Assembly: GCA_046290225.1 (NCBI GenBank)
Contig: JBKAGE010000079.1
Span: forward strand, 32,001 to 96,000
From: Bradymonadia bacterium
GTDB lineage: Bacteria > Myxococcota_A > Bradymonadia > UBA7976 > UBA1532
Direction of reading: 5' to 3'
DNA: 64,000 nucleotides
Within the stretch, counting starts at the first letter, position 1, and every line of letters starts with the position of its first letter. The position numbers and the translations under genes were made by a program. Below the pieces are notes generated by a model. The model made no database searches, was not told the origin of the DNA, and saw nothing but the letters and a program-made list of their open reading frames with translations. Below, piece by piece: positions 18,451 through 30,000 of the stretch.

Positions 18451-21400
18451 GTGAAGCACTCACTGTCAGCGTTGTGGATGATCAGCGCGGTGATGTTCGC
18501 CTGCGAGGGCGGAGATGATGGCAATCAGACATCAGAAACACCCGACGCCAGCCTTGCCGGCGGCATCAGCGGGGAGGCCGGCTCTGGTGGTGGAGCTGCA
18601 GGTGCCGGTGGGGAGGCCGGCGCTGGCGGGGACATCGGCGGCGCTGGCGGTGCGCTCGGAGGGGTCGGTGGTGAGGCTGGCACAGGTGGAGAGCCTGGAG
18701 GCGCAGGTGGGGAGGCCGGCGTCGGTGGCGAAACGGGCGGCGCTGGGGGCGAAGCCGGTGCAGGTGGTGAAGCGGGCGGCGCAGGTGGGGAGGCCGGTGC
18801 TGGTGGCGAAACTGGCGGCGCAGGCGGCGTAGGCGGCGAGGCCGGAGGCGCCGGCGGCGAGGCTGGCGGTGCTGGGGGCGAAGCTGGCGCAGGCGGTGAA
18901 GCGGGCGGCGCTGGTGGAGAGGCCGGTGCCGGTGGCGAAGCGGGTGGTGCCGGCGGCGTTGGCGGCGCTGGGGGGGCCGCACCGGCCGTTGTGTGTGGTG
19001 ATGGCTTCGTCGAAGGCTTCGAAGAGTGCGATGACGACAACCTCTTCGAGGGAGATGGCTGCGATGCGACGTGTCAGCTCGAGGTGCCCGATGTGCGGCA
19101 CGTGGAGCCTGACGGTCGTGAAGCCCCCTTCGATCTGAATTTCGACGAGACCGGCACTGCGTCGGTCATCTTTCAATTCCAGGCCCCAGGAGAAGCGGAC
19201 TGGTTCCGGTTCTCGGTGGACGCGGCCACGGACATGACGTTCGAGACCAGTGGCCTCTTCGAGGCTGCCTGCTCAGGTGACATCTATCTCGAGATCTTCG
19301 CCGAGGGTGAAGAGACCCCCATCGTGGGCGACGACGACGATGGCGTGGGGCTGTGCGCATTGATCACACCCCAGCGGGACGAGGGCGCTCGGCGCTTGGG
19401 CCCTGGTGCATACTTGGTGCGGGTGCGTCCCTCGTTGCCCGACGACGTCATTGGGTGGCATCGCCTCGTGGTCCGTCAGGTGGGCCAGCTGTTGCCTCAG
19501 GATCCATGTGACGAGGTGGGCCGGATGGGTCGCTGTGTGGACGGCAGTTTCTGTGACGCTCTGCTCGATGATCCTGTCTGTGTGAGTCACGGATGCAGTG
19601 ACGGTCGCCGAGGGCCTGCAGAAGAGTGTGACGATCGCAACCTCGTCAACGGTGACGGATGCGACGACACATGCGCCATCGAGACCCCTGGCGTTCGGGC
19701 CACCGAGCCTGACAGCGCCGAGTCGCCCAATGCGCTGCTCTTCGATCTCAGCGGCAGGGCAGAGGTGCTCTTCACCCTCAACCCCGAGCAGGACGAAGAC
19801 TGGTTCTTCCTGAATGTAGAGCCCGGAGTCGACGAACTGCGCATCTCTACGGCGGCCTGGTTTGGTGATGGCGATTGTGCCGGAGACACCACCCTCACGC
19901 TGTACCGAGCCGGTGAGGCAGGACTGGAAGAGGTGGCCTCCGACGACGACGATGGTGCGGGCGGGCTGTGCGCTCGACTCGACCCTGCCCGGGATCCCGA
20001 GATGGTGAACCTGGAGCCAGGGGGCTATCTGATTCGGGCGGCGAGCTTCAACGGTACGATCACGGGTCTCAACCGCCTCGTGGTGGCCAAGATCGGCCGC
20101 GTAGACGTGGGCCTGCCCTGTGTGTCAGAGGATCTCGATCGGCCGTGTGTCGAGGGCGCATATTGCCCTGAGGCAGGCGAGGCGCCTGTGTGTACGCTCC
20201 ACGCCTGTGGTGATGGCCGCGTGGCCCCTGCGGAGGAGTGCGACGACGGTGATCAGCAAGGCGGCGACGGGTGCAGCGCCCTGTGTGAATTCGAGCTGCC
20301 CTACACCGAGCGACACGAGCCGGACGCCGAGGACGCGGCGTTGAGTCTCAACTTCTTCGATGGCGAGGCGAGAGGTCTCTTTGAGCTGGCCACGGCCGGT
20401 GACGTGGACTGGTTCGCATTCTCTCTCGAAGCCCCCGTCGATCTGCGGATTCACACCGAGGCCCACGCGGGCGAAGGCTGTGAAGGGGACATTTCGATGG
20501 TTCTCTATGCCGCTGGCGCCGAGCCTGTGCCCGTGGCCAGCGATGATGACGACGGCCCGGAAGGGTGCGCACGTCTGGACCACATCGTCGACGATGCGCT
20601 GCGAGACCTGCCCGCTGGAGATTATCTGATCGCGATCAGCGGCTTCCTCGATCTGCCTGCAGGTTTGAACCGCATCACCCTCACCCAAATCCCCCGGCTG
20701 GAGGAGGGCGGGGCCTGTCGTTCGGATGGCGCCGAGGGGCGCTGTGGCGCAGGGCTGGTGTGCGGTCGGGTGATCGACGGGCTGGGGAGCTGCCTGCCCG
20801 AGGGGTGCGGCAACGGGTTCCCTGATCCCGGTGAGGCCTGTGACGACGGCAACGCGAATGACGCTGATGCATGCAGCAACCTGTGCGCTCTGAATCAGCC
20901 CCGGGAGTCGGAGCCCAACGATGTTGATGGCGAAGCTTTTGGTGCGTCCCCCGACGCTGGAGACGCGCCCTGGTACATCGTGCACACACTGGCAGCCGAC
21001 GACGTCGATCGGTTCACCTTCGAGGTGGTGGGCACCATCCACGACGTCGAGCTCTGGACGGTGGATGGCTTTGGTCGATGCCCTGGAGCCATCAGAGGCT
21101 ACGTCACCGCAACCGGCGCCGAGAGTGTGCTCGCCGAGACGGAGAGCGCCTGTGCGCGTTGGACTGCCCGAGATCTGGCGCCAGGCAGCTACACAGTGCA
21201 CATCACCGCCACGGGCGATGCCGTGGGCACGGCGCTGGCCAGCAGGGCTCGCCTCATCGACATCAGCGATGTCGGAGGCCCGTGTGACGATGGAGCGGCC
21301 CGATGCAGCGATAGGGCGTGGTGTGGTGGAGGCACGTGCGTGGCGCACCGTTGTGGCGACGGGCTGCTGGCCCCTGCTGAGGAGTGCGATGACGGCAATG

Positions 21401-22836
21401 ACGCATCCGAAGATGGCTGCAGTGCGCTGTGTACTCGGGAGGACATCACCGATGTCTCTACTGGAGGTCGCTTCGATGGTGGCTTCGAGGAAGAAGGCAG
21501 TGATCTCTACCCCTTCACTCTCGAAGGGCGTGGTGAGGTGACCGGTCACGTGGAAGATGCCGAGGGTGGCTGTGCCGAGCTGGTGGAGCTTTCATTGGAG
21601 CAGATGAGCGAGGGTGCCTGGCAAGCCGTGGAGTGGCCCGCCCCCGAAGGTGCCCAGGGCGATTTCTGCGCGCCCCGTGTGGCGGATCTGGCTGCGGGTG
21701 ACTACCGCGTCGTGGCCAGCGGCTTCCTCGGCGCCGGCAGTGGTCCCTACACCCTGGTGGTCGATGTGGTGGACCTGCTCGAGGCCGGCGCTGCCTGTAC
21801 TCCAGAGGCGGTGTCTACGCGCTGTGCGGACGATTTGACCTGCATCGCCGAAGGCGAAGGACACATGTGTGGCTTCCCGACGTCCGCCGCCGAGGTGAGT
21901 GCTGGGGGTGCCTTCGAGGGTGGCTTCCAGGCTGAGGGCGCCGATGACTTCACCTTCAACCTCGAGGCTTCTACCTTGATGAGCGCGGCGCTCTCTGATG
22001 AGGCTGGACGATGCGAAGAAGCTGTGATGACGCTGCTCGCAGAGCAGGGCGCCCATCTCGCGCCCGAGGCCGAGGCACTCGGCGGCGCCGGGCAGTGTCC
22101 GTCGATGACCGTGGAGGTCTCAGCGGGTGATCACCGCTTGCGGGTGACGGGGTATGAAGGGGCTGCCGTGGAGGCCTACACCCTGTCCGTAGCGTTCCAG
22201 ACGATCCGCGAATCTGGCGAGCAGTGTGATCGCAGCGGCCTGTTGGACACTTGCCGCTCTGGCTCGACGTGTTTGATGACCGAGGTAGACGGCACTGGGG
22301 TATGTGGGATCTTCTCGCCTGCTGTATCCGAGGCCGAAGTCGAACCCAACCAGACCGCTGCTCAGGCCCGGGTGTACGCCCCCGATGCCATCGTGCGAGG
22401 TCGCTTGCAAGCAGACGGGGAAGCCGCAGATCTCTGGGATGTGGTGCACGTGGAGATCGATGAGGAGACGCTGCTTCTGGCCCGCACGGGCGATGAGGCT
22501 GGCGGGTGCGGCGCTCAGCAGGACACCCAGCTCTATCGTGTGGACGCCGCTGTGCTCGATGCAGACGGTATAGACGCCGCCATCGCGGGTGCCCTGGCGA
22601 GCAATGATGACGATGAGGGTACGGTGTGTAGCCGCCTCGAAGAGGCTCTGCCTGCAGGTCGACACACGTATGTGGTGCAGACCTTCGGTCGCGCCTTGTC
22701 CTTCGACTACACCTTCACAGTGCGTGCCGCGACTGCAACCGGTGAGCGGTGTGACGCCGCCGGGGTGCAGACTTTCTGTGGTCAGGGGGCGAGCTGCATG
22801 GATGCCGACGGCGACGGCGACGGCCTGTGTCAGTGA
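18451..22836 (+). CDS. Large lipoprotein with Gly-rich linker, 5 myxobacterial disulfide repeats and multiple PPC-like domains
   Basis: Lipobox-like MFACE; CGDG..EECDDxN repeats; repeated EPD/N...DWF.F...DDD.G..C modules. Confidence 0.8.
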   Translation: MKHSLSALWMISAVMFACEGGDDGNQTSETPDASLAGGISGEAGSGGGAAGAGGEAGAGGDIGGAGGALGGVGGEAGTGGEPGGAGGEAGVGGETGGAGGEAGAGGEAGGAGGEAGAGGETGGAGGVGGEAGGAGGEAGGAGGEAGAGGEAGGAGGEAGAGGEAGGAGGVGGAGGAAPAVVCGDGFVEGFEECDDDNLFEGDGCDATCQLEVPDVRHVEPDGREAPFDLNFDETGTASVIFQFQAPGEADWFRFSVDAATDMTFETSGLFEAACSGDIYLEIFAEGEETPIVGDDDDGVGLCALITPQRDEGARRLGPGAYLVRVRPSLPDDVIGWHRLVVRQVGQLLPQDPCDEVGRMGRCVDGSFCDALLDDPVCVSHGCSDGRRGPAEECDDRNLVNGDGCDDTCAIETPGVRATEPDSAESPNALLFDLSGRAEVLFTLNPEQDEDWFFLNVEPGVDELRISTAAWFGDGDCAGDTTLTLYRAGEAGLEEVASDDDDGAGGLCARLDPARDPEMVNLEPGGYLIRAASFNGTITGLNRLVVAKIGRVDVGLPCVSEDLDRPCVEGAYCPEAGEAPVCTLHACGDGRVAPAEECDDGDQQGGDGCSALCEFELPYTERHEPDAEDAALSLNFFDGEARGLFELATAGDVDWFAFSLEAPVDLRIHTEAHAGEGCEGDISMVLYAAGAEPVPVASDDDDGPEGCARLDHIVDDALRDLPAGDYLIAISGFLDLPAGLNRITLTQIPRLEEGGACRSDGAEGRCGAGLVCGRVIDGLGSCLPEGCGNGFPDPGEACDDGNANDADACSNLCALNQPRESEPNDVDGEAFGASPDAGDAPWYIVHTLAADDVDRFTFEVVGTIHDVELWTVDGFGRCPGAIRGYVTATGAESVLAETESACARWTARDLAPGSYTVHITATGDAVGTALASRARLIDISDVGGPCDDGAARCSDRAWCGGGTCVAHRCGDGLLAPAEECDDGNDASEDGCSALCTREDITDVSTGGRFDGGFEEEGSDLYPFTLEGRGEVTGHVEDAEGGCAELVELSLEQMSEGAWQAVEWPAPEGAQGDFCAPRVADLAAGDYRVVASGFLGAGSGPYTLVVDVVDLLEAGAACTPEAVSTRCADDLTCIAEGEGHMCGFPTSAAEVSAGGAFEGGFQAEGADDFTFNLEASTLMSAALSDEAGRCEEAVMTLLAEQGAHLAPEAEALGGAGQCPSMTVEVSAGDHRLRVTGYEGAAVEAYTLSVAFQTIRESGEQCDRSGLLDTCRSGSTCLMTEVDGTGVCGIFSPAVSEAEVEPNQTAAQARVYAPDAIVRGRLQADGEAADLWDVVHVEIDEETLLLARTGDEAGGCGAQQDTQLYRVDAAVLDADGIDAAIAGALASNDDDEGTVCSRLEEALPAGRHTYVVQTFGRALSFDYTFTVRAATATGERCDAAGVQTFCGQGASCMDADGDGDGLCQ
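18560..18980 (+). repeat. Coding low-complexity tandem repeat (GGEAGAGGEAGGA)n
   Basis: Directly visible in DNA and translation. Confidence 0.9.
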
Positions 22837-22846
22837 GCGTGATGCT

Positions 22847-24775
22847 TCACTGAATCTGATCGGCGATGAGGTGCAGCCAGGGGCTCCCTGCGTCTGCGGA
22901 GGCCGGGCCCCCACTCAGGCTCAGGGGAATGGGCAGGGCATCATCGCCCTGGGTGAAGACCTGATCTGCGATCATCGAGGCGATGCTTTGTGCGAGCTGC
23001 GCTGAGAACAGCTCGGTCTGCGTCACGTTCACTGGCCCCCGGGGCGTGCTCACCACGTCGGCGAGGACCTCGATCTGCAAATCAGAGCTGAGGCCGTCAC
23101 TGGCGTCGAGATCTTCAGCGTCGAGGGCCACCCCAGCGTCGATGTGCAGCGACACCAGCACGAGCACTTCACCGGCAGCAGAGACCTCGAGCAGCAGCTC
23201 GGGCAGCACGATGTGCAAAGGCCGGTCACCTGACACCAGGCTGGCCATGGGGGCGAGGAGAGGGCGCGTCTGGATCACCACCGGGGTCTCAGGGGGGATG
23301 CCCTCGGCCGCCGAGCCCAGGGCGTTTCTGAGGCTGCCCACATTGAGGGGAGGCAGCGCGCCTTCGCCCCCAAGCTCGAGGTTGAGGTCGAGGGCGCCAG
23401 TGGACCACGCCCCGTGCAAAATCCTGTTGATGAAGTCGAGGGAGAAGGCCACATCGAGGGGGGCTTGCCCCTGGTGGCTCGGCATGCCGCCCAGGGGGGG
23501 CAGGGTGCGGGCTTGAAGGACCGGATCCGCCACTGTTGCGGAGGCGTCCATCTGCACCGAGACGCCAGCCCGGCTCATGTCGACATCGGTGATCCCAAGG
23601 CGCATCTCCACTGTCTGCTCACCAAAGGTCACGGCACGGGTGAGGGCCGCAGGATCGAAGAGCTCGGCGATGACAGCCATGCGAACTGCATCAGCGATGG
23701 AGGTCTGAATCGTGTTGCGTACAGTGTCTTCGAACCAGCCCTCAGCGAATTCGGGCACGAAGGGGATGTCGTACTCGAAGTTTCGCAGCACCACAGAGGC
23801 TCCGAGGACGTCGAGGCCGAGACTGCCATCGGGGGTGGGGAACACGTCGACTCGGGTCTCCACCTCAAGGGGATCTGCGTCTCCGGTTCCCGAGAAGGTG
23901 ATCTCAATGCCGAGATCCACCACGCCGGAGAGGCCAACATGCAGTGTGTCGACCTCGAGGCGGACATTGAGGTGATCCTCTCGGGGCCGAAGGGCCAGCC
24001 GAATCTCGCCGTGCTCGAGGGCGGTGAGGGTCACCCCCTCGGGCATGTTGGCTTCGAAATAAGGTCGAAGTTCGAGCTCGTTGGCGAAGACCGTGAGCAG
24101 CTCGGAGACATCTTGGAGGCCTTGCTCGGACATGAAGACCGAGAGGGCTTCGACCTCGGCGTTGGGATCAGCAGTGGCCCCTACGAGGACCGACCGACGA
24201 TCTTCCGCCTGGGTGGCGTTGTCCCGAGCCTGGGCCACGAGGGTGTTGATCCCGTGACTCAGAGGGACCTCTACAGAGAAGTCGCCATTGGCATCGGGCA
24301 CCACGGCCTCACCAGCGACGGTGAGGGTGGGGGATTCGCCGCCCTGAACCCAGCCAGAGACCACCACGTGATCTCCGCTCAGGCGCACACCCCGAGCAGG
24401 CTCGGTGATGACCAGCTGGACCGGGCCGGGTCCTGGCGGTGGGCCGCCTGCTGCGCCGCCAGATCCGCCAGGAGGTGGCCCCCCTGCGACACCGCCAGCG
24501 CCCGCTGCGCCGCCCTCACCCCCAGCGCCACCTGCACCTGCCATGGGGGCTGGGGGTCGGCCGCCGTTGCCACCTGCGCCCCCTGTGGGGGTCTCCACAC
24601 CACCAGACCCCCCAGTGGGGATGCCATCGGGGGGCGTGCCCTCCTGATGATTCGAGGGGCCCTCGGGTAGAGGGGTGCTCTCGTCACCTCCGCAGGCGGC
24701 GATGCACAGGGCGAGGCCGGTGAAGATGGCCCATCGGCCCATGCTCGAGGTCAGCGTGGTGTGTTTCATGGCCAC
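22847..24775 (-). CDS. Lipoprotein with Gly/Pro linker, Ig-like domain and possible LBP/BPI (TULIP)-like region
   Basis: Lipobox IAACG; Ig-like ITEP..G..V.G..NGDFSVEVPLSHGINTL; C-terminal DVAFSLDFINRILHGAW..G pattern. The fold call is inference. Confidence 0.6.
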   Translation of the reverse strand: MAMKHTTLTSSMGRWAIFTGLALCIAACGGDESTPLPEGPSNHQEGTPPDGIPTGGSGGVETPTGGAGGNGGRPPAPMAGAGGAGGEGGAAGAGGVAGGPPPGGSGGAAGGPPPGPGPVQLVITEPARGVRLSGDHVVVSGWVQGGESPTLTVAGEAVVPDANGDFSVEVPLSHGINTLVAQARDNATQAEDRRSVLVGATADPNAEVEALSVFMSEQGLQDVSELLTVFANELELRPYFEANMPEGVTLTALEHGEIRLALRPREDHLNVRLEVDTLHVGLSGVVDLGIEITFSGTGDADPLEVETRVDVFPTPDGSLGLDVLGASVVLRNFEYDIPFVPEFAEGWFEDTVRNTIQTSIADAVRMAVIAELFDPAALTRAVTFGEQTVEMRLGITDVDMSRAGVSVQMDASATVADPVLQARTLPPLGGMPSHQGQAPLDVAFSLDFINRILHGAWSTGALDLNLELGGEGALPPLNVGSLRNALGSAAEGIPPETPVVIQTRPLLAPMASLVSGDRPLHIVLPELLLEVSAAGEVLVLVSLHIDAGVALDAEDLDASDGLSSDLQIEVLADVVSTPRGPVNVTQTELFSAQLAQSIASMIADQVFTQGDDALPIPLSLSGGPASADAGSPWLHLIADQIQ

Positions 24776-25075
24776 TCAGTTTAGCGAAGGACGTGCCACC
24801 CAGCGTGAAGTCTTGGTGACAGGTAAATCAAGGGGGGTGCTGGACTTTGTCACCACAAATCGCCTGTGATAACCACAGAAGTGTGTCCGATCTTCAGCGT
24901 GGCGGAGCATGGCCCGTCGTCTGCCCGTGCTGGGGTCGGCGCCCCTCATCGTCCGAGGGCAACTGGTCACCCTGGTGGCCACCAAAATGCCTCGGGGGCG
25001 CTTTTTGGCGACCCCCCCTTTCAGAGGCCCCGGTCTCGATGACGATTTCCTCACTGGGCGAGACAGGAGAGGTTT

Positions 25076-26929
25076 ATGGGCGACGATCTGCGTAGAGGAC
25101 ACGGCGAGGCCGGTCTGGACAAGGACTACGAGGCAGAGGCCAAGGCGGCCCGAGATCTCCTCGGTGAAGGCAAGCTCGCCGAAGCGGCGCAGCGGATGGC
25201 GGCGGTGCTCACCGCTGATCCCACACGGGAAGACTGGATCGTCCTCATCGACGACATCTTGTCTCAGGCCGCCGACCCGCTGGCGCTGCTCGACTTCAGC
25301 ACCCCACGTGTAGAGGTGGGCCAGGTGGCGGTGCAAGCCCGCGCCCTGGTGCACGAAGGTGAGCTCACCGAGGCCCTGGCCCTGCTGTCGCAGGTCTCCG
25401 CGGCCCGGCCCGAGGTGCCGTTCCTCACCTGGGCGGAGTCCTGGCTGGACGAGTACCCCGAGGCGCTCACCGATCTCGAGCCCGATCTCATGGGTGATCA
25501 GGTGGTGGGACCGTGCCTGAGGGCCCTCGGGGAGATGCCCGCGCCCCTCGACGAGGCTGATCCTCGTCGCCTGCTGGTGGCGGCCTTCGAGGCCCTGTGC
25601 AGGCGTTGCCGGGATCACTGGCCCGAGCAGCCCCTGCTCTGGTCTGCTGGCGCCTCCGCGGCGCGGCGCCTGGGGCGGCTGAGCGAAGCCGTGACCCTCG
25701 CCCGTCAGGGGGTGAAGCTCGGTGAAGACTGGCACACCTGTGTGGGCCTCGCCTGCGCCCTGAGAGATGCGGGCCGGGTCGACGAGGCAGTGACTTTCTA
25801 CCGCCAGGCGTTGACCTACGAGCCCGAGGACATCACCGCCCGCCTCGACATCGCCGACACCCTGCTCGATTGTGGTCGCCTCGAGGGCGCCATCGAGGCC
25901 TACGAAGAGGTCCTCAGCCGGCACCCGGCGCACCCTTGGGCGCGGCCCTCGGTGCACTACACGCGCTTCCGCCATGGGGGCAGCCCCACCGAGCGGGCGG
26001 CGTTGTTGTCCATCGCTGATCGCGATCCGATGAACCTGAGGGCGCAGCAGCTCGCCGACGAGCTCGACCCGCCCACGCCCTACGTGAACCGGTTGCCCGG
26101 GCCCGCTGATGCCACGGTGCACGCCCTTCAGCAGGTGGTGGAGCAGATCCGCTTCGAGCCTGCGCGGTACCGTAAGAGCAGCCTCGAGTTGAGGGTGAGC
26201 GCCCTCGAGTCGCCGAGCGCTCTGGTGGCGTGGCGCATGCAACTCATGAAGCTCAAGGCCCACGTCTCCCTCGATCTCAAGGTGCAGTCGGTGCCCACCC
26301 CTGATCCGCGGGTGCCCCGGACCGACGTGGACTTCCGCATCTGGATGTACGACGGGGTCACCCCCCGGCCGGCGTTCCCGCCCCCCTCCGGGGCCACTGC
26401 CGAGGCGCTGGTGCACAGCATCGGTGAGATCGCCCGGCGGCCCTACCGCCTCGAGTCGTGGTCCACGCTCGGCAAGAAGCTCGCCAGCGGCCCCCTCGTG
26501 GAGTCGGCGGGGCCGGAGGCCATGGAGATTTTGCTGGGTGCCATGCTCTACCCCCCTGCGCCTCCGCCGGAGCGCGAGGTGGTGGAGTGGGTGCAGCGCG
26601 TGCAAATCGCCGCAGCCATGACCCTGGCCTGGCTCGGCGACGAGAAAGACGGTGGCAAGGCTGCCCTCGGTGCCTTGAGATCGCTGGCCCTGGGCCCAGT
26701 GGACTGGGTGAACGGCGCGGCCCTGGTGGCGTACACCGCACGGGTCAAAGCCAACCCCACGCTGCGACCACAGCTTGAGGCCATCTTCACCGAGCTGGCC
26801 CGCACGCTCTCTGATCAGGGCTATACCGCCTACGAGCTGCCTCTGGCGTCCTGCTGGTTGAGCCTCGGCGCCCACAGCCACGCCCGTCAGGTGCAGCTGA
26901 GCACCTGGGTGAAGAGCCTGTTGGGCTGA
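25076..26929 (+). CDS. Tetratricopeptide-repeat protein
   Basis: TPR patterns (LGRLSEAV..ARQG; AGRVDEAV..YRQAL..EP; GRLEGAI.AYEEVL..HP); AGGAGA RBS. Confidence 0.85.
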   Translation: MGDDLRRGHGEAGLDKDYEAEAKAARDLLGEGKLAEAAQRMAAVLTADPTREDWIVLIDDILSQAADPLALLDFSTPRVEVGQVAVQARALVHEGELTEALALLSQVSAARPEVPFLTWAESWLDEYPEALTDLEPDLMGDQVVGPCLRALGEMPAPLDEADPRRLLVAAFEALCRRCRDHWPEQPLLWSAGASAARRLGRLSEAVTLARQGVKLGEDWHTCVGLACALRDAGRVDEAVTFYRQALTYEPEDITARLDIADTLLDCGRLEGAIEAYEEVLSRHPAHPWARPSVHYTRFRHGGSPTERAALLSIADRDPMNLRAQQLADELDPPTPYVNRLPGPADATVHALQQVVEQIRFEPARYRKSSLELRVSALESPSALVAWRMQLMKLKAHVSLDLKVQSVPTPDPRVPRTDVDFRIWMYDGVTPRPAFPPPSGATAEALVHSIGEIARRPYRLESWSTLGKKLASGPLVESAGPEAMEILLGAMLYPPAPPPEREVVEWVQRVQIAAAMTLAWLGDEKDGGKAALGALRSLALGPVDWVNGAALVAYTARVKANPTLRPQLEAIFTELARTLSDQGYTAYELPLASCWLSLGAHSHARQVQLSTWVKSLLG

Positions 26930-27044
26930 TCTGAGCCCCCCACCCATGGCCTGCTCAGGTCATGGGTCCATCCCCACCCCCTCGACCCCCCCTCCACCTA
27001 CCTACTTCTAAAACCTTCTAAAATTTCTCTCGATTGAACGGGGT

Positions 27045-30000
27045 ATGATGAAGCACACCCCCCGTTCTATCCGTCGCCGCCCTCAGGGCCGGCACCTCTC
27101 CAACCTCGCGATGACTTTGTGGTCACTGCCCCTGATCGCCATGGTGATGAGCGGGTGTACCCGGTCGAACCCCGCCAACGGGCCAGGGGACGGGGACTTC
27201 GAACCGGATCTGGCGGCGCCCTTCATCGAGGGGGAGCTGCTGGCGCGGTTCCCCGTGGGCATGACCCGGGAAGAGGTCCAGGCCCGCGTGGAGCCCTGGG
27301 GTGGCCAGGTGCTCGACGGCCTCACCTCGGAAGATCTGGAGGTGATGTCCGAGTCCACCATGGTGCACCTCGGCGGCACATGGCGCATCGGCCTGCCCAG
27401 CGGGGTCACCGTGGAGGAGGGCATCGAGCTCCTCGGCGCCGAGGACGATCTGGTGCTCGCGGAGCCCAACCACATCGTCGAGGCGGTGAAGACCCCGAAC
27501 GATCCCGACTACAACCAGCTGTACGGCATGGAGAAGATCAGCGCGCCGCTGGCCTGGGACGTGACCACCGGCAGCCGCGACGTGGTGGTGGCGGTCATCG
27601 ACACCGGGGTGGACTACAACCACCCCGATCTCGCCGACAACATCTGGACCAACCCCGGTGAGATCCCCGACAACGGGGTGGACGACGACGGGAACGGGTA
27701 CGTCGACGACTACTACGGCTACGACTTCTGCAACAACGACGCGGATCCCTTCGACGACCACTACCACGGCACCCACTGCGCTGGCACCGTGGCCGCCACC
27801 GGGGACAACAGCCGCGGCGTGCCCGGTGTGGCTTGGCGGGCGAGCATCATGTCGATCAAGTTCCTGTGTGGGAACGGCAGCGGCAGCTCCTGGGCCGCTG
27901 CTCGGGCGATCCGCTACGCCGTGGACAACGGCGCGGTCATCTCGAGCAACTCCTGGGGTGGCACCGGCCGGTCGAGCAGCATCTCCTCGGCCATCGACTA
28001 CGCCCGGGAGCGCGGTCAGCTCTTCATCGCTGCTGCGGGCAACTCCAACAAGAACATGGATCACACGAACTTCTATCCGGCGGGCTACGACCACGACAAC
28101 ATCATCAGCGTCGCCGCCAGCGACAGCAGTGATCGTCGGGCGAGCTTCAGCAACTACAGCAGCAGCCGGGTCGATCTCGCGGCCCCTGGTGTGCGCATCC
28201 GCAGCACGATCCCCAACAACCGCTACGGCAGCCTCTCGGGGACCAGCATGGCGGCGCCTCATGTCTCCGGCGCTGCGGTCCTGCTCAAGGCCCGCGATCC
28301 GGAGATGAGCTACGCCGCCGTGAAGAACCACCTGCTGGAGTCGGTGGATCCCTTGGACAACTGGAATGGCGTCGTGGCCACCGGCGGCCGGATGAACGTC
28401 GCCGCAGCCCTGGGCCGCGTGGCCCCGAAGCCCGAGGCACCCACTGGGGTGGTGGCCTCTGTGCTCGACGGCAGCCGGGCCGAGGTGAAGTGGCAGCCCA
28501 GCCCCGACGAAGGGGTGACCACCTACTACGTGCACCTCTACGACGCCGACGGCATGCCCATGCCCCCACTCGTGGCCATCGAGGGCCGGGACAACACTCA
28601 GGCGGTCCTCGGGCCCCTCGACGCCGGTGATTACCTGGTGGCGGTGAGTGCCCTGAACAGTGTCGGGGAGAGCGCGCAGTCACAGCAGGCGCGCTTCAGC
28701 CTCGTCGACGCAGATCCCCCGGCGCAGGTGCCTGATCTGCGGGTGACCCCCCTCGAGGGCGATCTCGTCGCCGTGGAGGGTGCCGAGGCCGACAGTGACT
28801 TCGGCCCCGACTGGACGGTGTCCCACCTCGTGGACGACGACGCGTCTACGGCGTGGGCCGCAGAGCCTTCTGCGGCTCAGCAGCCAGCCACGGTGGTCTT
28901 TGATCTGGGTCAGGTGAAGGATGTGGGCCAGGTGAAGCTGCGCCCCGCCGCGGGCTTCCCGGAGCTGTTCCCCCGGGCCTTCGAGGTGGCCGCCTCTGTG
29001 GACGGCGAGCAATGGACCACGGTGATCCGCGAGATCCCCGAGGGGCCGAACGATGGTGGGGTGATGGGCCGCGATCCCCTCGTCGAGTGGCACCCCTGGA
29101 TCATCGATCCCGTGCCCGCCCGCATGCTGCGCCTCACGGTGACTGAGCGGGCCGAGCACGAGGGCGGCCTCTTCTACGCTGTGGTGGGCGACGTGGCCTT
29201 CCACGAGCAGGCCCTCGACTCCAGCGCGCTGCTGGCGAGCTGGACGGCCCCCGGTGACGATGGCGGCGCCGGCCGCGCTGCTTCTTTTGACCTGCGGGCC
29301 GCTCCGGGCCTCACCGCCGATGGTTTCGACGCCGCTCCCAAGTTCCCCACGCCGGAGCCGGGCATGGCGGGCACCCGCCACTTCGCCACCCTCTCGGGCC
29401 TGCCCGGAGAGACCGAGATCGGGGTGGCCATCGCCGCCCGCGACGAGTCGGGCAACCGGGGTCCGCTGTCGAACATTGCCGTGGCCCGCACCCTCGGTGT
29501 GGCCCCTGGCGGCATCGACGATCTCGAGGTCACCGCCGACGGCGAGGCTGTGGTCCTGAGCTGGACGGCCCCCGCTGACGATGGTCGCGATCCCGCCAGT
29601 GGCCCTGTGGCCAGCGTGCGCATTCAGGTGTCGAACTCACCCCTCGACTCGGCCCACTGGGCCGACAGCGAGCCTCTTCAGGTGTCGGTGCAGCCTGTGG
29701 CCCCCGGCACCCGCCAGGTGGTCCGGGTGGAGAACCCCCTCGAGGCGCTGCCCCAGGGTCCGCGCTGGTTCTTCCGCGTGCGGGCCGTGGACGAGGCGGC
29801 CCTGCTGGGTCCCTGGTCCAACGAGGGCGCTCTCAACGCGCCCCCCCGCTTCGATCAGAGCCCCCCGGGGACCATCAGCTTCCTCAACGGCCACTATGTG
29901 GCGGCGTTGTCGCAGCCTGTGCTCATGGCCGTGGACGGCGACGCTGACCGGTTGGCCCTGCTCGATCGCGATCCCCGTACGGGCTGGATGGTGGAGGCCG

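Noticed and set aside
24776..26947. 723-aa minus-strand ORF
   Set aside because: Shadow of the TPR gene, which has the RBS and repeat motifs.
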